64,000 nt of DNA from Raillietiella orientalis. Its lineage: Eukaryota. Each line of letters opens with the position of its first letter. The first letter of the stretch is position 1. Shown here piece after piece: positions 22,544-36,408 of the stretch. A program made the position numbers and the translations under genes. Below the pieces are notes generated by a model. It had not been told where the DNA came from, searched no databases, and saw only the letters and a list, made by a program, of their open reading frames with translations. Where the stretch lies: contig JAYWIR010000018.1 in the NCBI GenBank assembly GCA_036172245.1, positions 2,294,001 through 2,358,000 on the forward strand. The letters run 5' to 3'.

Positions 22544-25500
22544 CGCATCCTCAAAAACACACTTCTAACGATACTTGGAGGAGTTCCAGACCCGTAGTTC
22601 CGGTTCCGAATTCCGGGAACCTTCTGACTTTTGGAGCAGGCGGAGGCTTCGCGCGCGAGTTCCGCAAAATGTCCTGGAACAATGACCCACGTGGGAGGCC
22701 CGCTGTCACGTAAATCGCCTCTATAGCAACCACCTCTATGGCTCGCTCGCACATCAAATGAATCATGAGATGCGCCGCGTATGATTTCCAAGTATGAGCT
22801 CAGATCTGGTCATTTTTTTGCTCTGGCGTTGCTGTCCGGATGACCACATTTGAGCATGGCGATTATTCCTTTATGGTTTCTCTCTCGTGCTGAAGCTGAG
22901 CCATGCCAAGAGGGCGCTGCCTCAAGAAGGATGCAACGGGTTCGTGTTGCTCCTAACCCGAATCAGCTCAAATCATTCAGATGCCCAACTCTGAGCACGG
23001 GGAAAAGTAGGGCTAGGAAGATTTTGATCAGAGAGATTTTCTTATACTTGGGCGAGATGGATTTGCAGAAGAAAATCTCTTCCTCCTGACAGAAGAAGAA
23101 CCAGCAAACAGTTTGCTCGTGCGTGTACCTAGTCATCTGGTCTTCGCGCTCGCGCCCGTGCACGGTCTCTTGCGTGGCGCTCGGAAGATTTCGTGATTCG
23201 AGAGAACGCGGAAAATCTCAAAGATCAGAGCGGGACTCATTCGGATGGCATCTCGCAGCCGTCCGAAGCCGCGGTTCCCCATCGATCTCCCATACTTCGA
23301 GGATGAGGTCGGTCGTTGGGCGCGCGTGGCCAGACAGAACTAGAGGCTCCCTCAGAGGGCAGCGCTGCCGAACGATGGGCAACGAACCGCGTCTCCGTTC
23401 CTACCTCCGCGTCGGCGAGCATCCGATGATAACGGAATCTGCTCCCTCACGAAAACACGACAGATCGGTTCGCGGCCGCTACCCGTTCGGCGGAAGTGGG
23501 AGGATTTCTCGTGCGCCTAAGGATCGAATGTTTCCTTGGGAACGATCCCGTTGCCTCCTGTTCGAGGTATCCGGAGCAGATTTTCCTTCTTAGTGCCTCC
23601 GATCAATAAGGGGAATGAATTCCGAAATGCCCGGAACCGGTTCTCGCGTTCGCTCTCACTGCTCTTCATGCTCTTCCCTTCTTTTGTTCCAGTGCCTCAT
23701 TCTGGGAAGGAAAGCAGTGGCCATTCGATTTCCGAGAAATCGTCCCATGAAAGAAGTTGGGTTCCTCAGGATTCCCTCAGTTCGAGAAAATGCGGTGTGC
23801 GGGAGGAGGAGGAAGGGGAGAATCTCCAGACAAGCAACTTGCCTTTGCCGGAGACGGAAGACGTGAATAATCGGGTGATGCTGCCGATATTCCAGAAGAT
23901 ATCGGACAAGCAACGCGATAAGAATCACTTAGGAAGCTACCCCTTGTTTCACCATTCAAACTCCAAAATCAAATGTGATATAATAGAGTACTTATAGAAC
24001 GTTTGGAAATAAAAACTTTTTGCAGTTTTGAATATTCTTTTTTCCCGCGCTGGAGCTCCGTGGCAACCGGCTGTCGCGATGGACGAACCGGCAGCTCCCC
24101 ATGAGCAGCGAGTCCGTCCATTTTGCCGTTGCCCGTTTGCGCAGCTGCTGAGACGTCCGTCGCCATCTCGAAGCTGGTCGCTACTTGCGCTGGGCAGCAA
24201 CCGGCCGGGCATCTCTCGGGGCGACTTCTTGCATTGCTCTTCGCCGGAAACGGTCTCATCTATCAACATTTAAAGAACATCAAGTGACAGCGCCCGCATC
24301 ATCTGCAGAAAAGTTCCTCCAGAAGTCGCCGACTCAAACTAAGATGGATTAACCCGCGTCTCTGCTTTGTGTACTCAGAGAAAGGATGTTATTTTTCTTT
24401 CGTGTGGCGCCGGATCATTTCCGGGTTCCTCCATGTCACGTTTCATATAGCGGGAGTCAATAAAAACCCTGCGCTGCGAACGAATCAGGGGAACCATCAT
24501 TTCTTTTCCATCTGATCCGGCAGCGTTCGAATCTGTAACGAGAGAAGCACGAGCGACTGGCTGGTTCACCCGTCACCAGGTTTGAGATTATTTATCTGCA
24601 GAGGGCAGTTCGAACTCGGGCGGTGACCTCAATTCACGGGCCGATACTCTCCGGGACACTCAAGGGGGGAAAAAAGAAACCCGCGGAACACTTAAGCGCG
24701 AACGGAATGAGTTCTCTGTTGCCAAGGAGCTCGCCATCAGCCTTTCCTCAAATCTTCCAATGAAAGCGAATGGGAGGATGGAAGGACGAACATGGTCACT
24801 GCGCCGTCAACAAAGCTCCGTGGAAAGAGAAGAGAAAGCCGTGGACAAAGCAACATTCGGGAAGCTATTCCTCTGTTTGTTCCCTCCATGCTTTCCGGCT
24901 GCCAGACACGAAGACGTCGCCACTCGGTTCCTGGTAAAAGTGGGAATCGATGCCTTTGGGACGGAGAATTCGGGAAAATATTGGGGATTCTCTCCCTTGG
25001 TCAAGGATGCAGTGCACCCATGGAGAAGCCAAACCCCACAGTCTTGCAGGGCAATGATTCCATTTCCTTGATTTCCCCTAGTTCAATAGGGATAATGGGC
25101 GGCTTTCTCATCTCCCGAGGAGTCTCTTCGCGTCCTCACGTCGAATTAAAGCCCATCTCCGCAGTAAAACCGGAAAATGGTACTTAAATGATGCTGGCTT
25201 TCACGTGCAGATAGAAAGAAATCATCGGTTCAGTAGAGAGGATACCATTTTGTTCCCGACCTCCGTGCGCGAGTTCCAGCCGGTGTTCCCAAGGAGGCTG
25301 TTAGTTCATCTCTGCTTGTCTACGAAGTGGTGCGAAATCTGGAAACATGGGAAGCTTCTTTAAATCATCTCAACTGGGGACTCCATGGAAACGCTTGCGA
25401 AGTTTGGGGTTTCATCTCGGGTCCGAAAAATCCGTCCTCTGTTCGGGGAAGCATGAAAAGCGTGGAGAACCCGAGACAAATCCGGAGAAAAACCGGGATC

Positions 25501-25929
25501 CCTGGCCCCCGCTTCTGCAGGTGCGAACCTTCCGTGACACACCCGGTGATTTCCAGAGGAGAGTTGCGCTCGCATTACTGATGCGGAGGGGGAGATTTAT
25601 ATGCCGGTTCGAGAAAGGAATGCGTTTTCCTCCTTTCCTTCCTGTTGGCTTCTCACAGACCCTCCTCTAACGCATTTGGTCACCGGAAGATTGTGGGAAA
25701 TGGGACCTTTTCCACTGAGCTTTAATTGGGACGATTTCTGAGTAGTGCACCAGCATCCCACATACTGCACGGCCTTCCGCTGAAGCACGAGTGGTCACTC
25801 CGATCTCAGGGCTTAACGCGAAGTGTGAGAGAATCTTCGCTGGTCCATCCCCGACAGCTTGAGCGTCGTGATGCCCCCTCCCCATCCTGCATGTTTCCTA
25901 ACATCCTCCAGCGAAGTTCCTGAACGCTG

Positions 25930-28700
25930 GTCACGAGACGAGCTCTCGAATTGATTCGGCAAGCGATGACGTCATTCGCATTTCGATCCCGTCCGTCTTC
26001 ATGCTTGTTTCCTTGGACCTTGAAGCAGACGCAGTCGGTTTGGTCATTCTTGGAGCTCTCGTAGGAGGAAGAAAGGAAAGAGAGAAGAGCTCCACAAGAA
26101 GGTTCACCATCTCTCGCAAGACTAAAGTGCTTTCATTTGAGTCGAGAGGGAGGACGCTGTTGCCACTCGAGAACGCTACGCAGCCCAGGAAGCGTCTGAA
26201 GGCTTCTTGCGCAAACTTCGTATGAGCGCCGAGAGCCACCTGAACACGAACATTACCGGTCTGCAGAGTGCTTTCTCATTGTGCGGTTTCACAAGAGCAG
26301 ATCGGGTTCCCAGATGAGAAAGATTCCGTCCCGCCGATGCCAAATGCGTCTTCGAAGATGAACGTTGCATCTAGATGAACAGGAGCTGTTGCTTGAAGAG
26401 CCCGAATGCTTGCCGATGCTTCACTCGCCAAATCCACATCGGATGGATCGAGACTTCTTGCAAAGACGAAAGAAGAACTCTACAGTTCGTGGTCTGTCCG
26501 CATATTCTTCGCCATGCCGCTTCCGTGGGGGCCAAGTGGCGCTTCCAGAAGCTCTCACGGCCATGAAAAGATGCTGCTCCGGCAGAATCCGCGAGGTACC
26601 CCGCGAGAACGAATCGCAGGCTTCCGGCGAAGCGAAAATCGCTGACCGCTCTCATCAAGAGGCGCGCTCCTCCTCCGTGGTCAGCTGTTCCCTCCGCATG
26701 ATTTCCCGCTCGCGTTCGAAGCTGACGCCGCGAGCGGCGAGGAGAGACCACGACGCTTCCTCCGGAGGAGAATTTTACCGCGCTGTAATGAATTTCCTCC
26801 AAGCGAACCAGTTCAGGATTGGGGGGAGGGGATTCATCCCTCCATCCCGAACTGGACCGTCTCTTCAATCAGGCGGGCGGCGCGCTCCTCCCCCCTGTTC
26901 CGCGATGAGCAATTCCGCGATGTTTTCTCAACAGCGCGACGCTGCCAGGATCTGACTTCACGGGGATGAGATGGATGGATGGGGAATTCCAAGTCCTGGA
27001 AGAAGAGATCCTGCTGGGAATGCTCTCCCCTAATAACAGATCAGGACCAAAAGATCAGACGTCGGAACGGCCTAGCGATCCTGCAGACCTGATACATCAT
27101 CCCGTAATTAGCCTTCTGCAGATGACGTGAGCTTTCCTGTTTCATCCAGAGTGAATACTCCCGTAAAAGTGGGTAGGCGGATGGAGCTCTTCCCGGCGTG
27201 ATGGATTGACGAAGTTTAATGAAGATGGAACCTCTTAAAGGATGCCGGGAACCTCACGAAACACTTTCGAGATTATTGGCTTCGCGAGATGCCAAACCGA
27301 ACACGGGAACAGCGGCGACTCCTGCGTGCATCTTCTCTTTCGCAGCAACGAGCTCTCGAGGGGGAGGCTCCCGGGAAATTTTCAAGGAAACAAGAGAGGG
27401 AAAACTCACCGCAGAAGCCGTGGACGTCATCTTCATGAAGGTCCGAGAAAGGTTTCCGGGAATGGCAGAAGGGGATGGAACTGGACTGTTGGCGTGCGTC
27501 CGAGTCCTCCTACGGCGGCGCCCTTCTGGAAGGAAACGCGTGAGTTTCCCCGAGAAGTGTTTCGCTGCGGTTCCTTCCGTTTTCAGAGCACCCAGAGAAA
27601 AGAAGTGGGAAAGCAAAATAAAGGTTCCTCCATAGAAAATCGTCTGAGTTTCCGAGGAGATTTCCAGACTGCTTTGAAATCCACTCGAAGAGCACCATCA
27701 GGGTTCCCTCTGGCTGTCGATCGAAACCATCCCAGTCCATGGAACTCTTGGGAGCTTGGAATCGCTCTGAGATGAGCTGTTCCCCAGGGCTCCTTATTAC
27801 TTATCGTTTCCGTCACTGATGGAAGGCCGAAGATGGAGACACTAATGGAATTTCTCTGGAAGGCATACCAACCACCACCACAGGAACCGAAGGCTGTTCC
27901 TGGCGCACAGAGAAGACGCCTGCCCTGCACGGGGAGCTGAAGAAGCGCTCTAAACGTCTCTCATTAGAATTCGCGTTCCGCAGCGGAAGATAGTTTAACA
28001 GGGAACGTTGGTCCGTCTGGTTCGCTTTCCTTAATCACTCGCGCACGAAGTAGCAGGACGAACCCGCCGCCTGCTACGCATTTCCATTGTGAGATTCCGT
28101 GATGCTGCAAACCTCTGGAATTAATGCCGACACTCTACAAATAGAAACAGATGTCCCCTTTTTGTGATTCGATGGGCGTCATCCCTGATTCAAAGACCTT
28201 CTTCCGCAGACGAGGTTCCGTGGCATGCAAGCGTAAACGCCGTTTCCCCGAAATCCCTGTCCGAAGAGACCGCACCTCCCTCGTACGCCCTTCTTCCCCA
28301 TTCAGAGCAGAGAGTGACCCCCGCTGCTGCTAAGGAAATTCACGTCCCTGGTCTCCCTCGCCGTGCAGCACTCAGGCTCCCTGACTGGCTTCGGAGCCCG
28401 GCTTCACGACTGATTCGGAGGAGGAAGTTCGGGAAGTCCAGCAAACGCGAGACGTCGATCCCGCCCTGACCCTTTCCTGAGGAAATCCGCCAGGACAAAC
28501 TTCGCCCTCTCTCTTCGAAACGGGAAGACCAGCGACCCGAAGATCCACACCGATTATTCACAGAACTGAAACTGGAAGATGACCCTTTCCACGCCCTCGT
28601 TGTAAAAGACGTGGTGCCTGAACGATCGAGTGGCTGGAGAGACGGAGATCTGACTGAGTCCTGCCTGAGAAATCCTGTTTTCCAGAATTCTGAGACCATT
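25930..28700 (-). mobile_element. Decayed L1/Tx1-like LINE ORF2 (RT to C-terminal finger)
   Basis: Minus strand, in order: RP..SLLNY (~28000), DWDGFDR (LDxxKAFDR-like, ~27730), LHEDDV (YADD-like, ~27430), a frameshifted GTES..HL finger remnant (~26320), and EAFRRFL, similar to the VFKHLF/IFRRLF block of sister copies. Confidence 0.6.
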
Positions 28701-31700
28701 ACCAGGTTCTAGGAGAGTCTGATCTACTCTCACGCGGCTCTGCTCCCCAAGCTTGGAACATGCCCCTCTGAAAGCCGAATTTTTGCAGATTTCTTTGCAG
28801 ATCTCACGGAAAGGTTGCCAAGGTATGAAACAAAGTGAACGAGGGAATCTCCCGTCTCTGCGAGCGTTGGGAAATCCCTTGATGGATGCTCCGGAAGTGT
28901 CGAAGAGTCTCCGTTTTCGAGGAAGGAGTTTGTCGTTGTTAAGATGCGCTTGAAAAAATTTGATACATCTTTGGCTGCAATCCTCGGTCCTCAGTTAATT
29001 GCGAGGCATTTTTTTTTTTTTTTAATCTCGACATCAGGAACCGATGGTGCAGAGGAAAGGGTTGGTCGTTCGCGATTCATTTTCGCCGCCACTTAGGGAA
29101 CATGCATGAATGCTCTTAGCTGGGGGAAAGCGGAAGTGTTAGCAAAACACGGAAAAGTCTACGTCAACAGATGAACAGATCCATTGCGACGTGCTTTCAA
29201 AGTCAAGACTGCGCCGATGCTTGAGAACGCTTCGTCTCCATCCAATATGCAAATCTGCATCTGTGGACGAAGGCTGCATGGTGATGACCTCTCGATGCCA
29301 AGAACATGAGGCTCAGCTTTTGTTCGGTAACCCTCGGTAACCGGTTACGGGTGTCAAGGTGCTTCCGCAAAAGTGGAGCCGGCGCAGAACTTTACTAGGC
29401 ACGTCAGATTTTACACAGCGGAGCCTGCTGGGGATCCCATGAGCAGCTAAAAGAGGGAGCCTGACGTAGAGGCAAGACTTTTCTTTTCTCGAAGATGAAA
29501 GTTGCCTAGCGCGCACTGCCACTTCCAAAACACCTACCTTCCTCTTGACGCCTTAAATGAAGGCATGGTTTGAAGCTTAACAAAATTTCATCCAACATTC
29601 TTGACCGGTTCTTGATCTTCACCGATTCCATCTGACGAGGAAAACAAACTTTAAGAAGGTCATGGAAAGGTCATGAGTTTTTGGTTTCCAGTCATTCGAA
29701 ACGAAACGAGTTACGCAGAGCATTCGTCCTCGTTCGGTCAACGCACACCTATTCCAGATGAAATTCGTCTCTCATGGTGTTTGCTTCCCATCCGAGGAAA
29801 CTCATCAAACATCGAGGCCCGCTGGCAGATTGTGGAACGGGCCATCTGCGTGTGAGTTCCGAAATTCGCGTCTGCTGAGGTGTGCTGCAGAAGTGTCCGA
29901 GTCTTCACCAATGCACGTTCTTATTGAATATGTGATTGGAATTACGCCGTTTCGGTTTCTCGACCTTTCCTTCTTTCCCCACTGACCAATGGCCTCAAAA
30001 TGAAAGCATCTGCGACTGTAATCACCTGGATCACAAAAAACACACAGGAGAACAAAAACTGGATCGATTCATCGCTCAAGCTATGGGAATCCTCCTTCAA
30101 GCTCGAACGCCTTCTCATAAAGAGCAGGAATATTGAGGATCTGGGGATGGCTGGGGGAGCAACATTGACACTTCAAATGGCACTGTTCCTTGCAAGCTGA
30201 ATTATTTGGCTTCAAACACCTTCCTAGGAAAACAGTGGTGACCTTCTGAGAAGGCCACCTAGCTTAGGCTGACTTGGAAAGCAGCTTCATTCGCAGCTTC
30301 ATTCGCTCGAAGGCCAACGGATAAATTCATTCAAAGAGAAATTCACATCTCAAGATGGTGGGATGAGTCGGACAGCTCGTAGGGTCTACATTTTCCAAAA
30401 TCTTCCGTACACTAGCTTTCGTACTTTACAGTGCCTCTCATTTCCTGGTTCACCCCAAGCAGGACGCATGGATTTCAAGCGGCATCTTCTCAAAGCGGGT
30501 TCTACGAGTGTGGCGTCATCCATCCAGAATCGTAGGCTATCTATTCGTAATGATTCGCCTATTTTTCGATACACGTAAATCTCATCACCTTTGCAACCAC
30601 AGTTGCAAAAAGTTACTAATACCATCTGTCATTTCTCATTATTGTCTTCTAAGTCTACCATCATTCTTTCCTGTGGTAGTTTTTGCGCAGATTGCAAGAG
30701 AAAAGCTTAGTGGCTGTGGAAACCAGTGGTACCTACAGTAGGCCTGTGCAAGGCGGCAGTGATAGGTTCGAGTCACAGAAGCTCCATGGGTTGCCAGTGA
30801 ATAATGTAATATTACCAGTGAAGTCTGTATTTATAAAAGATACAAAGTGCATCTTAAACGTTATAGCTGTAGAATATTGATTATATTTTACTTTAAAAGA
30901 AAAGGAAAACATGGAAAAGGTAAAAAAAAAAAAAAAAAACCTTTAAAGTTTCGTTGATATGTAATCAATCTAAACAGTTCTGTAGCTCCATCATTCCGCC
31001 TGGTCAACAACTCATACTTCTTAAATTATGTATCCTCATCTTTTCAAACACAGCTGGACCTACACTACCCCACAATAGTTAATCTTATCCCGGGCGTGTT
31101 GAATGGGGTGCGTTATACGAGACCCTCGCAATTTTTTCGGCACGTTATACAATCGGAGTTGTGCAGGGGTCTCTCTTACTTTGCAGACACACGAATGCCC
31201 CCTACAGACTTGAAGGGAGGCAGGAGCAGTTTAGAGCAAAAGACCGGGTTGCAAAAGAATAACATGGTGAATCCTGGCTGAGGAAGACTTTCAGGATAAC
31301 TGATCCCGATTCCGTTCTTTTCCTGCTCCAGGGTTCCTGTTTCCTAGAATGTAGGATTAAAATGTGTTTATAGATCTTTGAACTCAGTAAGACGGGCACT
31401 ATCCACTCAGAGCATTAAAATCCTGTTTCCGTTCTTACACAAAGGATAAATTCCTCCCTCGACGTGATTTGAAGTGGAAAATTCTTATCTCGAACGAAGA
31501 GTACTGCACCGGCTTTTCTTGAAACTAACCCCATCCATCAGCATAAAGTAATGTTGAGAGACGATTTTGCCCAAAGCATGACTGACTATTTAGATTTATA
31601 ACTGTGAATTGCGAAGGCTGCTCTTGCGATTTTCTATGAAAACCGTCGTCGCTGGCGAAACTCCGCGTCCTTCAGCTAACTCTGAGGCTGAAGAGAAACA

Positions 31701-31710
31701 TCCTCTCTTT

Positions 31711-31807
31711 GTGTGTGTGTGTGTGTGTGTGTGTGTTTAGTTATCTGCTTGAACCTTGTCATCCTTATTTGTGTTTCCGGAAAAGAAATGAAAACACACA
31801 CACACAC
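31711..31807. repeat. (GT)13 at 31711-31736 and a facing (AC)7 at 31794-31807
   Basis: Read directly; the two tracts are complementary. Confidence 0.9.
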
Positions 31808-33299
31808 GCTGAGCATTGCACTATGAAGCCATTGCTCTTCTCAAGGTCTGCGTGCCCTTAAATGTGGGTTGTGTTGCATTTTTATGAGGATATTCTCGTG
31901 ATGCCCTGCTGAGGCATCATGGAAAATGAGGTTTCTCTTTCGTTTCTGTAAATTTTCCGAGCTTCCCCACCTTCTTCTTGAAACATCAGTTTTAACACTT
32001 CACTGTGGCGTTCCAGAAACCAAAATGGCAGAGGGGACGCCCTGAGATGCAAGTTAGCCAAGAAACAACGTCTATTGATGCAGTTATTTGAATGCACGTG
32101 TTTCACGAATAGGTGAGGGGCGTGGGCGAGGAGCAGCAGCAGTCCGAACCAATGCTATGCCAGAGTCTGCCTCCCAGTTCCTCCCAGCTCGAGATCACAA
32201 GGAAGGACTGCTTGATTTCTCCGATGCAGAAAACGGAATCCTTCTGCAAGCGATGGCGCCCTCGTATTTTGTAGGATGCTTGCAGAATCGTGCCATCTAT
32301 GGGTACGTCAATGGATGAGAGGGAAGAAACACGTGAAGAGGCATTCGTTCACTTGCTCCTCGCATCTGCAATCAGATCTTTCTTAAAGTGCCTATGTATC
32401 CTTGCCAATCGATTCCTACGATTGGGCGGCCTTATTCTCACAGCCTCGTGACACTGCGTAGATTCCAAAGATGAAAAGCAGCACAAATAGGTAGGCATCA
32501 AAAAAGACACCAATTCTGGTCAGCATCCTTAATTTGACTGAGCATCGGTTTGTGATATCTCGCTGAAGACATAACCCGAACTAGAGATCGCAGTAGACCA
32601 GAATCAACCCCTCGAGCACTAGTGGATCACATCCGACAGAATACCATTGCCACAGAAGACTTGGAAATCACGTGAGCGAGGAAGTTTGAGTAACCCGCCA
32701 TGAACCCGCACTCCATCGGGACAGTCCTACGGACGTCTGAAGATCCAGTACCGTCTCCTAATGCTTCATCACGTCGGAAACACGTTCATCACGAGGAACG
32801 TAGTGCATTACGAGGATCCGACTCTGGACCATCATTCTGAGCAAAGGGAACCATCCCGCTTGAGAAAGCACTGAAGACGATCCTCACCTCGATACCTGCA
32901 AAATCCTCTCACCAGACTGGAGAGTGGTCGAGCAGGCAATGAATCTTCAGGGACAATCCGGAATTGAGACCCTTCGAAGACTCTTCCGAGGACAAAGAGT
33001 CGTTCCACCGTACAACACCATGCTGAGGGCCATCTTGGCCTTCTTCGCGAGGAGCATCGCCATCAGACGATGAAGCTTGGACGGGGGATTCAGGTGAACG
33101 CCCCAATGAGCCTGCCGAAAGGGGAGAAAGGCATGCGGGGTGGCTGCAGGGCGCCAGCTGGAACAATAAGCTGCACTCTGCGAGGAGTTTAGGAAGCAAG
33201 AAGCCGAAGCGGCACTCACAGTAAGACATCAGCGACGAAGTGGTACGGCAGTGAACGGTCTTCCCTCCCTTCTTCCCTCTCCTATTCTACTTCTAACCC

Positions 33300-35100
33300 T
33301 GTCTGGATACAAAGGACAAACCTTTGACCGGTAGAGAAGGCGCCAAAAGAGACAGACAAAAAAAAGACATGGCTGAAAGCTCCACCAAAGTGCACTGTTA
33401 TATCGTTTTTTGTTTGATCGATTGTAAACCTTGGATTATGAATTCTGGATAATGAACTCACTCCACTTCGAGTAGAGTCAGGTCCACGGCGAGTAGGGCT
33501 GGGGAAAGGCAAATATACAATCGTATTCTCCCTTGACCACAGAGGGCTGGCAATGTTGTTTAAGGCTAGATCAAGATCGGATCTTTTGGAATGTAGAATC
33601 CAACGGGATGCCCTCGACACACTTCAAGAGATGTGCTCTCGATTTTGTCTCCATCTCGGCTCTGCCGTTTCTGGTACGCGAGGGTTCGCAGCAAGTACCT
33701 CTGCCGCATTTATCTCCCTTACTACGCCCCAGCGTCAGCTTTACCGGGTCCTGGGCGTGGGGACCCGGAGTGGCAAATGGCAGAACTTTGCGATCAGCAC
33801 ATCGGACCAGGGACGAATCCCTTAATTCGCCATCTCACGAAAGGGGTGCCGAATGAGCACCTGTAGAGAACAGAAGGGTTGCCAAAGTGGCTCCAAGGTG
33901 GCTGATCTGGATCTAGCAGAACGAGGTTCCAAAGATTCTCCGCTTCGGTCGGAAGAGGGGGAACGTCAGCTTGTAAAGCCGCGGAATGGTCCAGGGCAAG
34001 GGCTCCTCGCGGAAGAATAGCACAGAGAGACAGGGAAACAGTTGCAGACTTGAATTCTCAAGGACCAATAAGGCATTTGTGGAGATGATAAAGCCACGAG
34101 AATGAGTCTCGTGACGTGGCTGCGAAGTTTCATGGCTCTGGAGACGCGATCCCTGAAGGAGACATCTCGGAAAACTCCTCGAGCATGAAAAAATCCTTGG
34201 AAAGATGTACTCAAGGAAAGGTATGGAGTATCCTTGTCCATGACGAAGGCAGCTGAACTGCTCGCTAGGGGATGTTCATCCCAGGATAACTGAGGAATCA
34301 TTTGCAACGAAAAGGAAGAGGCGCGGCTTCCCAGATGTCTAGAATCACAAGAGATGAGGCTTTCGTGACACAAGGCTGGAGATTCAGTTGCGTGCGGTCA
34401 AGTCTCGAGGAGATAACTCCCGCCTGAAAATGAAAGGAAGGGAATTCTCTGGATGGTCGTGCGGAAGACGAACGAACGCAAAAGCAGCGTCTTCTCTCAC
34501 CAATTCAGCCTCACAACGAGGCCGCGATTGCTCGGAAGTTCCTTCGAACGCGAGGTGACCCACCTGATGCTTCCATGACACATTCTGAGAGCGCCGGATG
34601 TTCAAAAAGCAAGAAGCAGAAAGCCTTTCCGGATGTGTTCTGCCTATCCTGCCAGTAATCCTCCGTCCTCTCCGTACATCGATGTTCGCTGAAGGTTAAG
34701 AACCCAAAGACTCCACGAGGATTGCCCTCACGGTCGTCGACACTCCGTGGAAGCCTCAGGTGAAGAGCTAATCCTCCAGATTAGGTTTCCTTCTTTCGCC
34801 ATGTCTGTTCTGGAGCCATTCCTGAGTATTCATGGAAGGAAACCACATCCCATGCGAGTACTTTTTTCCATTGCCCTAGAGCACCGGATCTAGCTTTAGA
34901 TTCATGTTCTGTACCGGAAAATTGAAACTTATTTTCGTCTGAACACGAAACCAATGGAAACTTTCCCTTTCATTTATTGGTAATTCCCTACTGAAGGAGC
35001 ACATCGAAAATTCAGTCGTCCAGCAGCATCATGCACCAGTTTGCTCAGCGGCCTGGTGCCAGCTGAGCAAACTCATTTGCCATGATCCGCAGCCAATTCT
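33300..35100 (+). mobile_element. Decayed L1-like ORF2 (endonuclease C-terminus to RT)
   Basis: ARSRSDL (SRID-like, ~33570), RSGKWQNF (GxWKLN-like, ~33775), a PG remnant (~34280) and FSIALE (LFxIAxE-like, ~34870). Confidence 0.4.
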
Positions 35101-35509
35101 AAGAATTCTGGCAGGAGCTATTGAGATGGTGAGAACAAGAAGCAAGGACAAGAGCAGCCTTGGAAACGACGTCACCCCTCCATTCACCCCCACCCACTCC
35201 CAGCAACTCAGAATCGATAAAAAAGATGGGGCTGTCTCCTCGGAAACAGCAAGGAGGATTCGTGCATCTCAGCATTAGGACTGGATCCTCTGGGGTAAAG
35301 GGAGCTTCTCGTCGGGGTGCTCCCTGGAGTTCCCTAGCAATGCGAGGCACTCCGAAAGTCCCCGGACTCTTCCCTCTTCCCTAGCCGCTCGACTGTCCTC
35401 CGGATAGTACTCGCTCCTTGCTGTATTCTTCGCGTGAATCCTTGCCGCAGAGCGCCTCCAGGCAGAGCAGAGCAGCCCAAATGAAAGGACTCTGGAAAGT
35501 CTTTACCTT

Positions 35510-36403
35510 CAGAAGTCTTCTTTCTCTTGATTCACCTGCTTCTTGCTTTCAATGCAATAAACGGACAAGATAGGAAGTGTCCTGCCGTATCCAAGGCAGG
35601 AAAAAACTTTTACCTCGTGGACAACTCGGCAGCTAGCGTACGCTGATGCCCCGAGTGTTCCGCCTAAAAGTCTCCTAAGATGGGGCGAGCTGCTCACGAT
35701 ACCTCTCGGTGGTTGCCACCCGGTCACGTGCCACCCGATGCAGCAAAGTGCTGCCAGGGCTGCGGCTGGTCTCAGAGCGTCTCTTACGAAGAGGAGCCGA
35801 GAAACTTCCTTGGGAGACAGCCAGCCGTGATCCGGAGGGTCGTTGAGGAACGAACCCAAAGGGGCCGAAGGGCAACGCAGCCCAATAACAGGTGCGATAG
35901 AGATTCCCGTTCCCCGCACCTGGCACAGTTCGGATTCTCCTTCCCCAGAGTCCAGTGGTGGCGGCGCGCGTTGCAGGGAACCCCCAGTGCAACAGCAGAA
36001 GCACCGTGTCCTGAGACTTTAGGGGGAGGATCCTCGTTTCCTTTAACACTGGGGGTCACTTTAAATCATCCGTCGGGATGTAGAGCAGCTCGTTTCATCT
36101 TTCTAATCCACGAGGAAGGACACTTGGGGTCGTGGCGTCCGCCAGCTATCCTATGGTCCAACCGCTCATCGACTTCTTCCTGCTTGCGATTCGGTAAGAG
36201 ACTTGCCACCTCGACGTTCGGCTGCTGCCAAGTGCCCTCCTCAAGAAGAGATCGCCTGTGGTCGTCTCTGCCCACGTGCTCCTGGCGGGACATTGACGAA
36301 TGGTCCGCAGTGAGCAACGGGTGTAGTTCGAAAACGCAGGCAGTTCCAGTTGTCACTTCCTTATGTATTCAGCTTCGCCCACGTGCCAACTATTTCCTCT
36401 AGC
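35510..36403 (-). mobile_element. L1/Tx1-like LINE 3' fragment with CCHC finger
   Basis: NPNCARCGERESLSHLLLGCVALRPLW and RLLFVRDALRPAAALAALCC, nearly identical in protein to the copy at 48.2-48.45 kb. Confidence 0.85.
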
Positions 36404-36408
36404 CATGA

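Noticed and set aside
29936..30136. CDCNHL resembling an adhesion-GPCR GPS motif
   Set aside because: It lacks the T/S-x-F after HL and the upstream Cys/Trp pattern, and has no exon context.
30700..30790. Isolated GGTTCGAGTC B-box-like motif
   Set aside because: Weak A box, no cloverleaf and no second copy in the window.
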